Source: Candidatus Latescibacterota bacterium (GTDB lineage Bacteria; Latescibacterota; UBA2968; UBA8231). Taken from it: 64,000 nucleotides of DNA. The position numbers and the translations under genes are program-made. The stretch covers positions 640,001 through 704,000 of the forward strand of contig CBDCSU010000006.1 of assembly GCA_965221775.1 (NCBI GenBank), written 5' to 3'. Shown here one piece after another: positions 8,782-18,789 of the stretch; positions within the stretch are counted from its first letter, which is position 1, and the number at the start of each line of letters is the position of its first letter. The notes beneath the pieces are model-generated. The model had not been told where the DNA came from, searched no databases, and saw only the letters and a list, made by a program, of their open reading frames with translations.

Positions 8782-9813
8782 ATGAGAATCACGGAAGTGA
8801 GGGCCGCGCAACCGCACGCCTCCAGCGCGCCGGCGGACTGGCGCGGCACCCTCGGACAGCTGTCGGTGGCGGTCGAGGCCGGCGGCCTGGTGGGCTACGG
8901 CATGGGCGCCGGGGGCGCCGCCGGAACCCACGTCATCGAGCGGGAGCTGCGGCCCCTGCTCGTCGGCGCCGACGCCTCCGACGTGGAGGGCCTGTGGGAG
9001 GCGATGTACCGGTCGACCCTGGCCTACGGCCGCAAGGGCCTGGCCCTCATGGCGATCAGCGGCGTCGACCTCGCCCTGTGGGACCTGCGCGGCAAGGCGG
9101 CGGGCCGGCCGGTGGCCGCCCTGCTGGGCGATTCCCCGGCCGCGGAGATGCCCGCCTACTGCACCACCGGCCTCGACGGGGCCGATGGCCTGCAGGGCAT
9201 CACCGAGGCGCTTGCAGCCGGCTTCGGCGCCGTGAAGCTCGGCGGGATCGCCGGCTCCGGCTCCCCGGACGGCGGGACCGCCGACCTCCTGCGCAGGGCC
9301 CGCGAGCGCGCCGGCGGCGGGACCCGGCTGATGGCCGACGCCGGCATGGGCTGGACCGACCCGGCGGCCGTGCTCGCCCTCTGCGAGGAGGTGGCGAATC
9401 TCGATCTCGTGTGGCTGGAGGAGCCTCTGCCCTCGGACGACCTCGACGGCTACGCCTGGCTGACGCAGCGCTCGCCGGTGCCGATCGCCGGCGGCGAGCA
9501 CGAGTTCACGGCCCGCGCCTTCGCCGAGCTCATGGACCGCGGCTGCCACCGGATCTACCAGCCCGACATATGCTGGTGCGGCGGGATGACCCAGCTCGTG
9601 GAGATCTACCGGCTGGCGCGGGACCACGGCGTGCGCGTCTGCCCCCACCGGGGCTCGGAGGTCTGGGGGCTGCACGCCATCGCCGCCCTCGACCCGGAGC
9701 CGCTGGCCGAGAGCGGGCGCCCGTGGATGGAGTGGGTCGGCGGGCGGGAGCTGAGCGGCGGCCGGGCGCGCTGGACGGGCGGTCCCGGCTTCGGGGTCGA
9801 GCTGCCGCTTTAG
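8782..9813 (+). CDS. Mandelate racemase/enolase-superfamily dehydratase
   Basis: AISGVDLALWDLRGK, LMADA, WLEEPL, GEHE, QPD. Confidence 0.9.
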   Translation: MRITEVRAAQPHASSAPADWRGTLGQLSVAVEAGGLVGYGMGAGGAAGTHVIERELRPLLVGADASDVEGLWEAMYRSTLAYGRKGLALMAISGVDLALWDLRGKAAGRPVAALLGDSPAAEMPAYCTTGLDGADGLQGITEALAAGFGAVKLGGIAGSGSPDGGTADLLRRARERAGGGTRLMADAGMGWTDPAAVLALCEEVANLDLVWLEEPLPSDDLDGYAWLTQRSPVPIAGGEHEFTARAFAELMDRGCHRIYQPDICWCGGMTQLVEIYRLARDHGVRVCPHRGSEVWGLHAIAALDPEPLAESGRPWMEWVGGRELSGGRARWTGGPGFGVELPL

Positions 9814-9832
9814 GGGGAGCGCCCGCCGGCGC

Positions 9833-10177
9833 TCAGAAGGGCTTGTGCAGCGCCAGCCAGGCGGTCAGCAGGAACAGCGCCCAGAGGCCCCAGAAGAGGA
9901 TCCCCGCCCGCCCCTGCATCCGCCGCATCGCCGCCGGGGCGGCGCCGAGGACCAGCCACAGCAGGATCTTGCCCCAGACCCACCCCGGCCACGGCCAGTG
10001 GATCCCGGCCTTGGCCAGCAAGCCGAAGCCGCTCACCAGGGACAGAAGCAGGCCGGCGCCGTGGGCGACGGCGAGCATGCGGTTCCGCTCGCCGGCGATC
10101 AGGGCCATGCCGCCGAGGGCCAGCAGCAGCAGGCCGAGGCCCGCCAGGTGCAACCACAGGTAGAAGGTCAGGGGCAT
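9833..10177 (-). CDS. Small 4-TM membrane protein (SirB2-like)
   Basis: LH..G, HG.GL, W..GK, C-terminal KPF. Confidence 0.65.
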   Translation of the reverse strand: MPLTFYLWLHLAGLGLLLLALGGMALIAGERNRMLAVAHGAGLLLSLVSGFGLLAKAGIHWPWPGWVWGKILLWLVLGAAPAAMRRMQGRAGILFWGLWALFLLTAWLALHKPF

Positions 10178-12126
10178 CAGCTCTCCTCTCCCGGATCGAG
10201 CAGGGTGGCGATGTGGATCGCCTGGAACAGGGTGGCCGGCTCCAGCTGCGTGCGCAGGGCGCGCCGGCGCGGCAGCAGGGTCGTCTCGCCGGGCACCGGC
10301 GGCGACACGTAGACCTCCACGTGCCCGGGCCGCAGGTTGACGTTGCCCCGGGGGCACTTCGGCCACAGGGCGTGGATGCCGCGGAAGGCGACGGGCACGA
10401 AGACCACGTCCTGGGGCAGGTGGGCGAAGAGGGCGTGCTGCATGGGCAGCACCTGCAGGTCGAAGGCCGACGTCGTGCCGGCGCCGTAGACGACGCCGGG
10501 CCGGTCCTCGATGACGCGGGCGAAACGCCGCGTCGGCGAGCCTCCCTCGTCGCGGGAGAGCACCACGTAGCCGTCCACGTCCTCGGCGAGGCGGTCGGTC
10601 TCCTCGAGGCTCACCCCGATGAGGGAGAACTCCCGGCCCTTCACCTTCACCGACGTCTGCGACAGCAGCCGGCCCCGCGACAGCAGGCAGCAGGGCACGG
10701 ACGCCGACCAGCCCATGGCCGCCAGCAGCTCCTCCGACTCCAGGGCCCGGTAGAGCACCGGGTGGTCGAGCAGGGTCTGGTGGGTGGGGAAGAACACGAC
10801 CTTGCGGCCCTTCGGCCCCAGTTCCAGCTCGCGGGCCACGTCGGCGAAGTCGGGGTCGATCGTCACCGAGACGGTGATCCCGAAGTTCTCCAGGCTGTCC
10901 CGGGCCCATTCGAGGTTCGCCTCCCAGGCGGCGGCGTGGCGCTCGGCGTCGGACAGCTTCGAGCGGTCGAGGCGCTTCTTGACGCGGCCCGTGCGGCGGA
11001 AGAGGCGCACCCACTTCAGCAGGCGCCGGGCCCGCGCCAGGCGCGAGTACTCCCCCTGGGGGCCCACGTGGGGATACTCGTGCCACTGGCCGGAAGAGGT
11101 CCCGTCCAGCAGCGGCGGCAGCCCCACGGCGGGCAGCTCCTTGCCGCAGCGGGCGCGCAGGCGCTCGGCGTTGCGCACCAGGCCGCGGGTGAGGTCGATC
11201 ATGTCGCGCGTCAGGTAGCTGTAGCGCTGCCCGTACCAGTAGTCCTTGGGGCGGATCTGGGCCGGGTCCTCCAGGTGGGCCTGGAGGAAGCGCAGCAACA
11301 GCGCCTGGGCCAGGCGCACGTGCTGTTCCAGGCGGTCGAGCCACTTCTTCGGCGCATGGTCCCGCAGCCGCGCGGCGAGCAGCTCCAGCTCGCAGACCGT
11401 CTTCCACACGGAGATGCCGAACCAGATGAAGTTGGAGAAGGTGTTGTAGCGGATCGCCAGGTGCTCGCCGGCGGCCAGGTAGTCGACCACGTCGCCGGCG
11501 ACCTCGGTGAGCAGCTCGCGCAGGGTGGCCTCTCCGCGCTCGCCGTCGATCGACCACTCGTAGACGGCCTCCCAGCGGGGATCGTCGGCGGCCGGGGCGG
11601 GGCGAAGCTTCTCCACCACCGCGGCGGCGTGGGCCAGGGGCGCGCGGGCGACCTTGAACTCCACCAGGGCGGCCTCGCCCTCGTCGAGGGGGACCGGGTC
11701 CTCGCGGCCGAGGGCCTCGATGTAGACAACGCCGTACAGCTCCCCGAAATCGCGCTCCTCCCCGGCGCCGTGGGCGACGAACTGGCGCTGCACCTGCAGG
11801 AAGCGGCGCACGCTGCGCAGGTAGGCGGGCCGGGTCTCGCCGTAGCGCCCGTAGGCGTCGGAGAGCCGGTGCTCGCGGCGCGGCGGGATGCCGGCGGAGA
11901 TCTCGGCGATGAGGGCGGCGCGCCGCTCCAGGCCGGGCAGGTCGATGGGAGGGTCCTCATCGGGCCGGTACGCCGGCCACTCCAGGTCGGCCTCGCTGCG
12001 GCCGGGGAAGTGGCCGTCGAGGCGGGCGATGCGGATCAGCTCGACGGCGGCCTCGTCGTAGCGGGAGAAGATCTCCCCGAGGTTCTCCCGGGCCTCGGCG
12101 AGGCCCTGTTCGAGGTCGGAGGCCAC
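10177..12126 (-). CDS. Large protein with C-terminal PlsC/LPLAT acyltransferase domain
   Basis: FFPTHQTLLD (HX4D), VPVAFRG; ~400-aa helical N-terminal region of unknown function; start approximate. Confidence 0.7.
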   Translation of the reverse strand: MASDLEQGLAEARENLGEIFSRYDEAAVELIRIARLDGHFPGRSEADLEWPAYRPDEDPPIDLPGLERRAALIAEISAGIPPRREHRLSDAYGRYGETRPAYLRSVRRFLQVQRQFVAHGAGEERDFGELYGVVYIEALGREDPVPLDEGEAALVEFKVARAPLAHAAAVVEKLRPAPAADDPRWEAVYEWSIDGERGEATLRELLTEVAGDVVDYLAAGEHLAIRYNTFSNFIWFGISVWKTVCELELLAARLRDHAPKKWLDRLEQHVRLAQALLLRFLQAHLEDPAQIRPKDYWYGQRYSYLTRDMIDLTRGLVRNAERLRARCGKELPAVGLPPLLDGTSSGQWHEYPHVGPQGEYSRLARARRLLKWVRLFRRTGRVKKRLDRSKLSDAERHAAAWEANLEWARDSLENFGITVSVTIDPDFADVARELELGPKGRKVVFFPTHQTLLDHPVLYRALESEELLAAMGWSASVPCCLLSRGRLLSQTSVKVKGREFSLIGVSLEETDRLAEDVDGYVVLSRDEGGSPTRRFARVIEDRPGVVYGAGTTSAFDLQVLPMQHALFAHLPQDVVFVPVAFRGIHALWPKCPRGNVNLRPGHVEVYVSPPVPGETTLLPRRRALRTQLEPATLFQAIHIATLLDPGEES

Positions 12127-12219
12127 GGGATCTACCGGGGGGCTGGAACCGGCGGCGGGGATGGGGTAGACTCGTTCGCCATGGGTCAAACGATAGTCAA
12201 TCACGACGGGATCACACAG

Positions 12220-13278
12220 ATGAGACACCGCATCGGGCTGATCGGCTGCGGCAACATCGCCGGCGCCTGGCTCAAGGCCGTGGAAGAGCATCCGGACTGC
12301 GACCTTGCAGTCACCTTCGACCTCGACCCGGAGGCGGCGCGCTCCCGGGCGGAAGAGGCCGGGGCGCGGGCCGTGACCCGCCTCGAGGAGCTGCTGGACT
12401 CCGACGTGGATGTCGTCGTCATCGGCACGCCCACGCCGAGCCATCCCGAGCTCGCCGCGCACGCCGCGGAGGCCGGCAAGCACGTGCTCTGCGAGAAGCC
12501 CATGGCCCTGGACCTGGCCTCGTGCCGGCGCATGATCGAGGCCTGCGAGGGCGCCGGCGTGAAGCTGGCCATCGGCCACACGATCCGCTTCTTCGGCACC
12601 TACCGCACCGTCCGCCGCCTGGTGGCCGAGGGCGCCATCGGCGAGCCCGTGTCGGGCGGCTTCGACCGCATGGGCAAGTCCGCGAAGCGCTCCGTGGAGG
12701 AGGCCGCCCGCCGCACCGGGCACTGGCGCGAGAGCCCGGCCAACTCCGGGGGCCGGGTGCTGGAGTCGTTCATCCACGAGCTGGACTGCTCGCGCGCCGT
12801 CTTCGGGCGGGTGGCGTCGGTGAGCGCCGAGATCGCCGGCAACCAGCCCCACGGAGACTGGATGAGCCCGCAGGTCGTGTGCGGCCTCGTGCGCTTCGAG
12901 TCGGGAGGTCTGGTGACGGCGCGCACCGGCTCCACCGTGGGCCTGCCCACGCGCGGCCACTGGATCGCCGGCACCGAGGGCGGGATGCGCTTCGACGCCT
13001 GGGGCCAACCGGTGCGGCTCTACCGGTCCGGCGCCGACGAGCCCGAGGAAGTCCCGCCCGAGGACGGGGCCAACGCCTACCTGCTGGAGCTGGCGGACCT
13101 GCTGGCGGCGGTCCGCGGCGAGGTGGAGGAGCCGGAGAACTCGGGGCGCAACGGGATGGAGAACGTGGGCCTGGGACTGGCCTTCTACCGCAGCTGCGAG
13201 CTCGGGCGTCGGATCGAGTTCGAGGACGGACTCCCCGGGCTGCCCGAGGACTACCGCAACACCGGGTTCATCTTCTGA
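12220..13278 (+). CDS. Gfo/Idh/MocA oxidoreductase
   Basis: IGLIGCGNIA, GKHVLCEKPMA, IHELD. Confidence 0.92.
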   Translation: MRHRIGLIGCGNIAGAWLKAVEEHPDCDLAVTFDLDPEAARSRAEEAGARAVTRLEELLDSDVDVVVIGTPTPSHPELAAHAAEAGKHVLCEKPMALDLASCRRMIEACEGAGVKLAIGHTIRFFGTYRTVRRLVAEGAIGEPVSGGFDRMGKSAKRSVEEAARRTGHWRESPANSGGRVLESFIHELDCSRAVFGRVASVSAEIAGNQPHGDWMSPQVVCGLVRFESGGLVTARTGSTVGLPTRGHWIAGTEGGMRFDAWGQPVRLYRSGADEPEEVPPEDGANAYLLELADLLAAVRGEVEEPENSGRNGMENVGLGLAFYRSCELGRRIEFEDGLPGLPEDYRNTGFIF

Positions 13279-14281
13279 CGGCGCGGACGGCGCCGCGGCC
13301 GTCGGCCAGCTCGTCCCACTCGACGGCGGTGAAGCCGGCGGCCTCGAGCCAGCGGCCGTGCTCGGAGAGGGTGTAGCCGCGGCCGGCCTCGTAGAGGGCG
13401 CCGAGGAGGATGTTGTGCACCGCCGAGTCCCGGGGCGAGATCCGGTCGTCGGCCAGGACCCCCATGCCGGCGATCACCAGACGGCCCCCGGAGCGCAGCC
13501 AGCCGCCGAAGCGGGCGATCACCCGGGCCGCATCCTCCGGCGCCAGGACCTGCAGGACGGAGAGGCAGACGACGCCGTCGCAGGGCAGGTCGAGCCCGCC
13601 CTCCAGGCCGGAGCCGCCGTCCGCGAGATCCCCCTCGACGACGCGCACGCCGGCGGCGCCCTCCTCCTCGAGAAGGCGCCGGGTCCATGGGGCCGCCGAC
13701 TCGCGCTCCACCACGCAGACCTCCGATCCGGGCAGGGCCCGCTGCAGCGCCGCGGCCAGGCCGCCGGAGCCGCCGCCGGCGTCGACGATGCGGCGGCAGC
13801 CGTCGAGCCAGCCGCGGCTGGCGATCTCGCGGCCGGTGCGCAGGGCTCCCGGATGCAGGGCGCGCAGGAAGGCGGCGGTCTCCTCGTCGGAGTCGCCGCC
13901 GGCAGCCTCGGGAGCGGTGGCCGCCCCGCGGCGGATCGAGTCGGCCACGGTGAGGCCGGCGGCCCACAGGCGGGCGGCCAGCTCACGGCCGTGGCCGGCG
14001 TAGTCGTCGCCGGAAGCCGCCAGGCGGCGGGCGGCCCCGGGCCGGCAGAGGAACCGCGGCGGCTCCCCTCCGGCGGCCGGCCGCGCCTCGAGCAGGTCGA
14101 GGGCGGCCAGCGCGTGGAGCAGGGCCTCCAGGCGGCGCTCGTCGCCGCCGATCCGGCGGGCCACCTCCGCCGCCGTCCGCGGCGTACCGGCCACGAGGCT
14201 GAACAAGTCGAGGCGCAGCCCCGCCAGCACCGCCAGGGCGGGCACGGCGTCGAGCAGCTCCTCGATCCGGGAATCGTCCAC
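13268..14281 (-). CDS. SAM-dependent O-methyltransferase with dimerisation domain
   Basis: LRLDLFSLV..EVA wHTH, VDAGGGSG, VEGD. Confidence 0.85.
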   Translation of the reverse strand: MDDSRIEELLDAVPALAVLAGLRLDLFSLVAGTPRTAAEVARRIGGDERRLEALLHALAALDLLEARPAAGGEPPRFLCRPGAARRLAASGDDYAGHGRELAARLWAAGLTVADSIRRGAATAPEAAGGDSDEETAAFLRALHPGALRTGREIASRGWLDGCRRIVDAGGGSGGLAAALQRALPGSEVCVVERESAAPWTRRLLEEEGAAGVRVVEGDLADGGSGLEGGLDLPCDGVVCLSVLQVLAPEDAARVIARFGGWLRSGGRLVIAGMGVLADDRISPRDSAVHNILLGALYEAGRGYTLSEHGRWLEAAGFTAVEWDELADGRGAVRAVRR

Positions 14282-14297
14282 GGCTACGGCCGGGCGG

Positions 14298-14441
14298 TCA
14301 CCCGGTGGCCACGGCGAGCAAGGTTCCGGGATCGCTGGCCACGGAGTATGCCGCCGCGAGGGCGAGCATCCACCACAGCACGCGCGCCAGGCTCTCGGCG
14401 ACGCGCCGCGATGGGCGGATGCCCGTATGACCAATTCGCAT
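14298..14441 (-). CDS. Small 47-aa single-TM protein
   Basis: AAGGAG SD 6 nt before ATG; VLWWMLALAAAY segment. Confidence 0.5.
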   Translation of the reverse strand: MRIGHTGIRPSRRVAESLARVLWWMLALAAAYSVASDPGTLLAVATG

Positions 14442-14563
14442 GTCGCTCTCCTTCGAGTCTGTGGGTGCGATGTCGACGGCGGTCCTTCCACCGTCACGAT
14501 GATCCCGTGTAGCGGGCGGGCCGGCGGCCCCCCGCCATCCTCCTTCGCTCTCCGTCCGTCGCC

Positions 14564-14662
14564 TCAGGCGATGCGGCTGAAGACGGGAAGGACGAGGATG
14601 ACGAGAATGCCGACCAGACCGTACATCAGGGCCTGATTCGCAAGCTCCCGTCGCATCTGCAT
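14564..14662 (-). CDS. Small 32-aa single-TM protein MQMRRELANQALMYGLVGILVILVLPVFSRIA
   Basis: AGGAGG SD upstream; one hydrophobic helix. Confidence 0.55.
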   Translation of the reverse strand: MQMRRELANQALMYGLVGILVILVLPVFSRIA

Positions 14663-14869
14663 CTTCCTGCGCTCCTCCTGTGTCTGTGGCGGCCAGGGCC
14701 GCCGGGGGTTGCATGCGGAGCCCGGTGGCGGGACGGTGGTGCAATTCCTGCCGTGGCCCGAGAAGGCTCGTGGCAATCTTTGCGCCCATCCGCTCCTCCC
14801 GCTGCGCCTCTCGGCTCTCTCGTAGTCGAGAGCGGCCGGGTCGGACCGCGGCTCCTTCGCCCGAGACAA

Positions 14870-14885
14870 TGCAACGGTCGTGCCA
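14870..14885 (-). promoter_or_regulatory. Sigma54 (-24/-12) promoter
   Basis: TGGCACG-ACCG-TTGCA, an exact consensus match. Confidence 0.75.
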
Positions 14886-14998
14886 GCCCTCCGGATGGCG
14901 GCCGCGGGCGTCGTCTTCGTGACCCGCACCGAGGCGGCTGGCGCCGGCGACTTTTCCCCCTTGCGCGGCGGCGCCCCGTTGAGGAACATGTCCCCCCC

Positions 14999-16033
14999 AT
15001 GAGCGACGACAGGCGCCAGTTCTGCAGCGACAACGAGGCCGGCATCCACCCCCGCGTGATGGCGGCCATCGTCGAGGCCAACCGCGGCCACGTCCCCTCC
15101 TACGGAGGCGATCCCCTCACCGCCGCCGTGCGCGACCGTTTCCGGGAGGTCTTCGGCCCGGAGACGGTGACCCACCTCGTCTTCAACGGCACCGCCGCCA
15201 ACGTCGTCGCCGCCGCCGGCGCCGTCGACGCCTGGCAGGCCGTGGTCAGCGCCCGCACCTCGCACATCCACATCGACGAGTGCGGCGCCATCGAGCGCTT
15301 CGCCGGCTGCCGCGTGCTGGTGCTGGAGTCGGAGGACGGCAAGCTCGACCCCTCCTGCCTGGAGCAGGTCCCCGAGGGCCACGCCGAGCCCCACCAGTCG
15401 AAGCCGCGGCTGCTGTCGATCACGCAGGCCACCGAGCTGGGCACGGTCTACACCCTCGGCGAGCTGCGGGCCCTGGCCGACGCGGTCCACGAGCGCGGCT
15501 GGCTGCTGCACATGGACGGGGCGCGCCTGGCCAACGCCGCCGCCTCCCTCGGCGTGGGTCTGCGCGCGGCCACCGCCGACGCCGGCGTCGATCTCCTCAG
15601 CTTCGGGGGCACCAAGTGCGGCCTCATGATCGGCGAGGCCGTCGTCTACTTCGATCCGTCCCTGGCCGACCGTCTCGCCTACGTGCACAAGCAGGGCCTG
15701 CAGCTGGCCTCGAAGATGCGCTTCCTCAGCGCCCAGTTCCTCGCCCTCCTCGAGGACGACCTGTGGCTGCAGATCGCGGCCCACGCCAACGCCATGGCCC
15801 GCCGTCTCCACGACGCCGTCCACGACCTCCCCGGCCTGACCATCTCGCGGCCGACGCAGGCCAGCGCCGTCTTCGCGCGGGTGCCCCTCGACCGCCTGGA
15901 GAGGCTGCTCCGCCTGGCGCGCTTCGCCGTGTGGGACGAGGAGTCCGGCGAGGTGCGCTGGATGGCCTCGTGGGACACCACCGAGGAGGACGTGGACACC
16001 TTCGCCCACACCCTTCGCAGCGTCCTCGGCTGA
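14999..16033 (+). CDS. ltaE: Low-specificity L-threonine aldolase
   Basis: F.SDN.AG, NGTAAN, HMDGARLANA, SFGGTK.G. Confidence 0.9.
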   Translation: MSDDRRQFCSDNEAGIHPRVMAAIVEANRGHVPSYGGDPLTAAVRDRFREVFGPETVTHLVFNGTAANVVAAAGAVDAWQAVVSARTSHIHIDECGAIERFAGCRVLVLESEDGKLDPSCLEQVPEGHAEPHQSKPRLLSITQATELGTVYTLGELRALADAVHERGWLLHMDGARLANAAASLGVGLRAATADAGVDLLSFGGTKCGLMIGEAVVYFDPSLADRLAYVHKQGLQLASKMRFLSAQFLALLEDDLWLQIAAHANAMARRLHDAVHDLPGLTISRPTQASAVFARVPLDRLERLLRLARFAVWDEESGEVRWMASWDTTEEDVDTFAHTLRSVLG

Positions 16034-16098
16034 CCCGGAGCCCGTTCCCGCCGGCCGCCGGGGTCCCATCGTCACAGCCCAACCCGCGAGGTGATCCC

Positions 16099-16569
16099 AT
16101 GCCCATGCCGACCCGCCTCCTGCCGCTGCCCGCCCTGGCCCTGGCGGCCCTGCTCGCCAGCGCCTGCGACGACCCCTGCGACACCCCCGGGAACCAGGAG
16201 ATCCTCGACCGCGCCGCCGCCGAGGAGGGCGCCGTGCGCACCGAGTCCGGCCTCGTCTACCGCGAGCTGAAGGCCGGGTACGGCACCCGGCCGGAGGCCC
16301 GCAACCGGGTGCAGGTCCACTACGAGGGGCGGCTGCCCGACGGCACGATCTTCGACAGCTCCTACCAGCGCGGCCGGCCGGCGGAGTTCGAGCTGTCGGG
16401 GGTGATCCCCGGCTGGACCGAGGGCCTGCAGCGGCTGCGCGGCGGCGGCGAGGCGAAGCTGACCGTACCGCCCGACCTCGCCTACGGACGGAAGGGCGCC
16501 GGCGGCGGCAAGATCCCGCCCTGCTCGGTGCTGATCTTCAGGGTGGAGCTGCTCGGGATCTACGACTGA
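16099..16569 (+). CDS. FKBP-type peptidyl-prolyl isomerase, lipoprotein
   Basis: LASAC lipobox; VHYEGRL.DG..FDSS; VIPGWTEGL. Confidence 0.93.
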   Translation: MPMPTRLLPLPALALAALLASACDDPCDTPGNQEILDRAAAEEGAVRTESGLVYRELKAGYGTRPEARNRVQVHYEGRLPDGTIFDSSYQRGRPAEFELSGVIPGWTEGLQRLRGGGEAKLTVPPDLAYGRKGAGGGKIPPCSVLIFRVELLGIYD

Positions 16570-16588
16570 GGCCGGCCGGACCGGCGCT

Positions 16589-17443
16589 TCAGTCGAGGTA
16601 GCGCACGGTCCGGTTCAGGAGGCCGGGGGCCTCGACGGCGGCGGCCAGGGCCTCGACGCTCGGGCGGTGGGCGCCGTGGTAGCGCAGCTCCTCCAGGGAG
16701 CCCGGCAGGGGCGCGTCGAGGCGCTTGATCGAGGCGTCCCGGTAGGCGATCGCCTCGGCCCGCCGTTCCCGGAAGGTGGCGGCCAGCCGCTCCCGGCCGC
16801 GCACCTCCACCTCCCACTCGTCCACCTCCACCGGAATCTCCTCCATGGCGCCGAAGCGCCGGATGACGGCCGCCGCCGCGCGCGGCCCGAACCCCGGAAT
16901 CCCCGGGATGCCGTCGGACTTGTCCCCCACCAGGGCCAGGTACTCGGGGATCCGTTGCGGCGGCACACCGAACTTCTGCGCCACCTCCGCCTCGCCGGAG
17001 CGCAGCTTGCGGATGCGGTCGAGCAGGATCACGCGGTCGCCGCGGACGCACTGGGCGAAGTCGTTGTCGGTGGAGCAGATGACGACGCGGCTCAACTCGG
17101 GGGCCGGGCCGAAGTGGTGGGCGGCGGAGGCGATGGCGTCGTCGGCCGAGTACCCGGCCATGACCCAGGTGTCGATGCCGAGGGCGAGGCCGGTCTCGAC
17201 GGCGAGGTCGTACTGGGCGTGGATGTTCTCCGTGTCCTCGGAGAACCGCGCCTGCAGGGCCTCCACGTCGTCGAAGGCCATCGCCGTGTACGCCAGGTCC
17301 TCCTCGCGCAGCAGTGACGCCAGGGTCTCGAAGAGCCCGCGCACGGCGCCGACCTCGCGGCCGTCGGCGAGGCGGGCCTGGGGCGCCCCGTAGTAGCAGC
17401 GGAACAGCTCGAAGCTGCCGTCGATCAGGTAGAGGGCCGTCAA
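16589..17443 (-). CDS. Stand-alone 5'-3' exonuclease/flap endonuclease
   Basis: LYLIDGS, ADDAIAS, LVGDKSDGIPGIPGFG (H3TH). Confidence 0.9.
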   Translation of the reverse strand: MTALYLIDGSFELFRCYYGAPQARLADGREVGAVRGLFETLASLLREEDLAYTAMAFDDVEALQARFSEDTENIHAQYDLAVETGLALGIDTWVMAGYSADDAIASAAHHFGPAPELSRVVICSTDNDFAQCVRGDRVILLDRIRKLRSGEAEVAQKFGVPPQRIPEYLALVGDKSDGIPGIPGFGPRAAAAVIRRFGAMEEIPVEVDEWEVEVRGRERLAATFRERRAEAIAYRDASIKRLDAPLPGSLEELRYHGAHRPSVEALAAAVEAPGLLNRTVRYLD

Positions 17444-17454
17444 CCAGCTGACCG

Positions 17455-18789
17455 TCAGCGCAGGCCGGCGAGGGCGTCGGCGAGGCTGCGGTCGATGCGC
17501 TCGCACAACTCGTCCACGCCGGCCTCGTCGATCGTCAGGGCCGGCCCCACGGCGAACCAGGACGGGTCCACGCGCAGGATCAGGCCGTTGGCCAGGGCCG
17601 TCCCCTTGAGCGCGGCCCCCAACTCCGGGAAGGGCTCGGTGGACCCCTCCTCGCGCACCAGCTCCACCCCGCGCAGCAGGCCCTTGCCGCGCACCTCGCG
17701 CACCACCCCGTGGCGCCGGAGCCCCTCCAGGCCCGCGGCCAGCCGCTCGCCCAGCTCCCTGGCGCGGCGGTCCAGCCCCTGCTCGACGATCTCGTCGATG
17801 ACGGCGATGCCGGCGGCGCAGGCCACCGGGTGGCCGGCGTAGGTGTGGCCGTGGGCGAAGTTGGTGGACCCGGGCCGCTGGAAGGCGTCGGCCATCTCCT
17901 CGCGCGCCATCATCGCGCCGAGGGGGACGGCGCCGCTCGACAGGCCCTTGCCGCCGCAGATGATGTCCGGGGTGACGCCGTAGGTCTGGGCGGCGAACAT
18001 CGAGCCGGTGCGGCCACAGGCGGTGATGATCTCGTCGAAGATGAGCAGCACGTCGTGGCGGTCGCAGATCTGCCGCAGGATCCGGAAGTACTCCGCCGTC
18101 GGCGTGATCACGCCCCCGGTGTTGCTCACCGGCTCGAGGATCACCCCGGCCACCGTCTCCGGGTCCTCGTGGACGATGACGTCCTCCACCTGCTGCGCGG
18201 CGAAGCGGTTGCACTCCTCCCAGCTGTCGAAGCGGTCCCGGTAGTGGGTGGGCGGAAAGACCTTGAGGAATCCCGCCGGCCCCGGCTCGAAGGGCGACTT
18301 GCGGGGCCCCGTGCCGCTGGCGGCCATGGCGCCAAGGGTGGCGCCGTGATAGCCGTGGTAGCGGCTGACGAACTTGTACTTCCCGGGGCGCCCGCTCTGG
18401 CGGAAGTACTGGCGGGCGAACTTGATCGCCGCCTCCATCGACTCGGAGCCGCCCGAGAAGGACTTGACGAAGTCGAGGCTCCCCGGAGTCACCGAGCCGA
18501 TGCGCTCGACGAAGTCGAGGGTGATGTCGGCGGTGCCGTGCATGGGCGGGGCGAAGGGGAGGCGCTCGAGCTGCTTCGTCACCGCCTCGACGACGCGCGG
18601 GTGGCCGTGGCCGAGGGTGGCGGCGTAGACCCCGGCGATGCCGTCGAGGTAGCGGCGGCCCTCCACGTCCCAGTAGTGCAGGCCCTCGGCCCGGGAGACG
18701 ATGAGGGGGTTCTCGGCGAAGGCGTCGTGGTGCTGGTAGTCGAGGAAGGTGCGCCTCAGCAGGCGCTGGTGGCGGTCGGAGATGCGCAT
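17455..18789 (-). CDS. Class III aminotransferase (omega-amino acid type)
   Basis: SGGSES, YHGATLGA, LLIFDEIIT.CGRTG, PDIICGGKGL, HGHTY. Confidence 0.92.
   Translation of the reverse strand: MRISDRHQRLLRRTFLDYQHHDAFAENPLIVSRAEGLHYWDVEGRRYLDGIAGVYAATLGHGHPRVVEAVTKQLERLPFAPPMHGTADITLDFVERIGSVTPGSLDFVKSFSGGSESMEAAIKFARQYFRQSGRPGKYKFVSRYHGYHGATLGAMAASGTGPRKSPFEPGPAGFLKVFPPTHYRDRFDSWEECNRFAAQQVEDVIVHEDPETVAGVILEPVSNTGGVITPTAEYFRILRQICDRHDVLLIFDEIITACGRTGSMFAAQTYGVTPDIICGGKGLSSGAVPLGAMMAREEMADAFQRPGSTNFAHGHTYAGHPVACAAGIAVIDEIVEQGLDRRARELGERLAAGLEGLRRHGVVREVRGKGLLRGVELVREEGSTEPFPELGAALKGTALANGLILRVDPSWFAVGPALTIDEAGVDELCERIDRSLADALAGLR

Noticed and set aside
14740-14755. Second sigma54-like site CGGCAGGAATTGCA
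   Set aside because: GG-to-GC spacing is 8, not the required 10.
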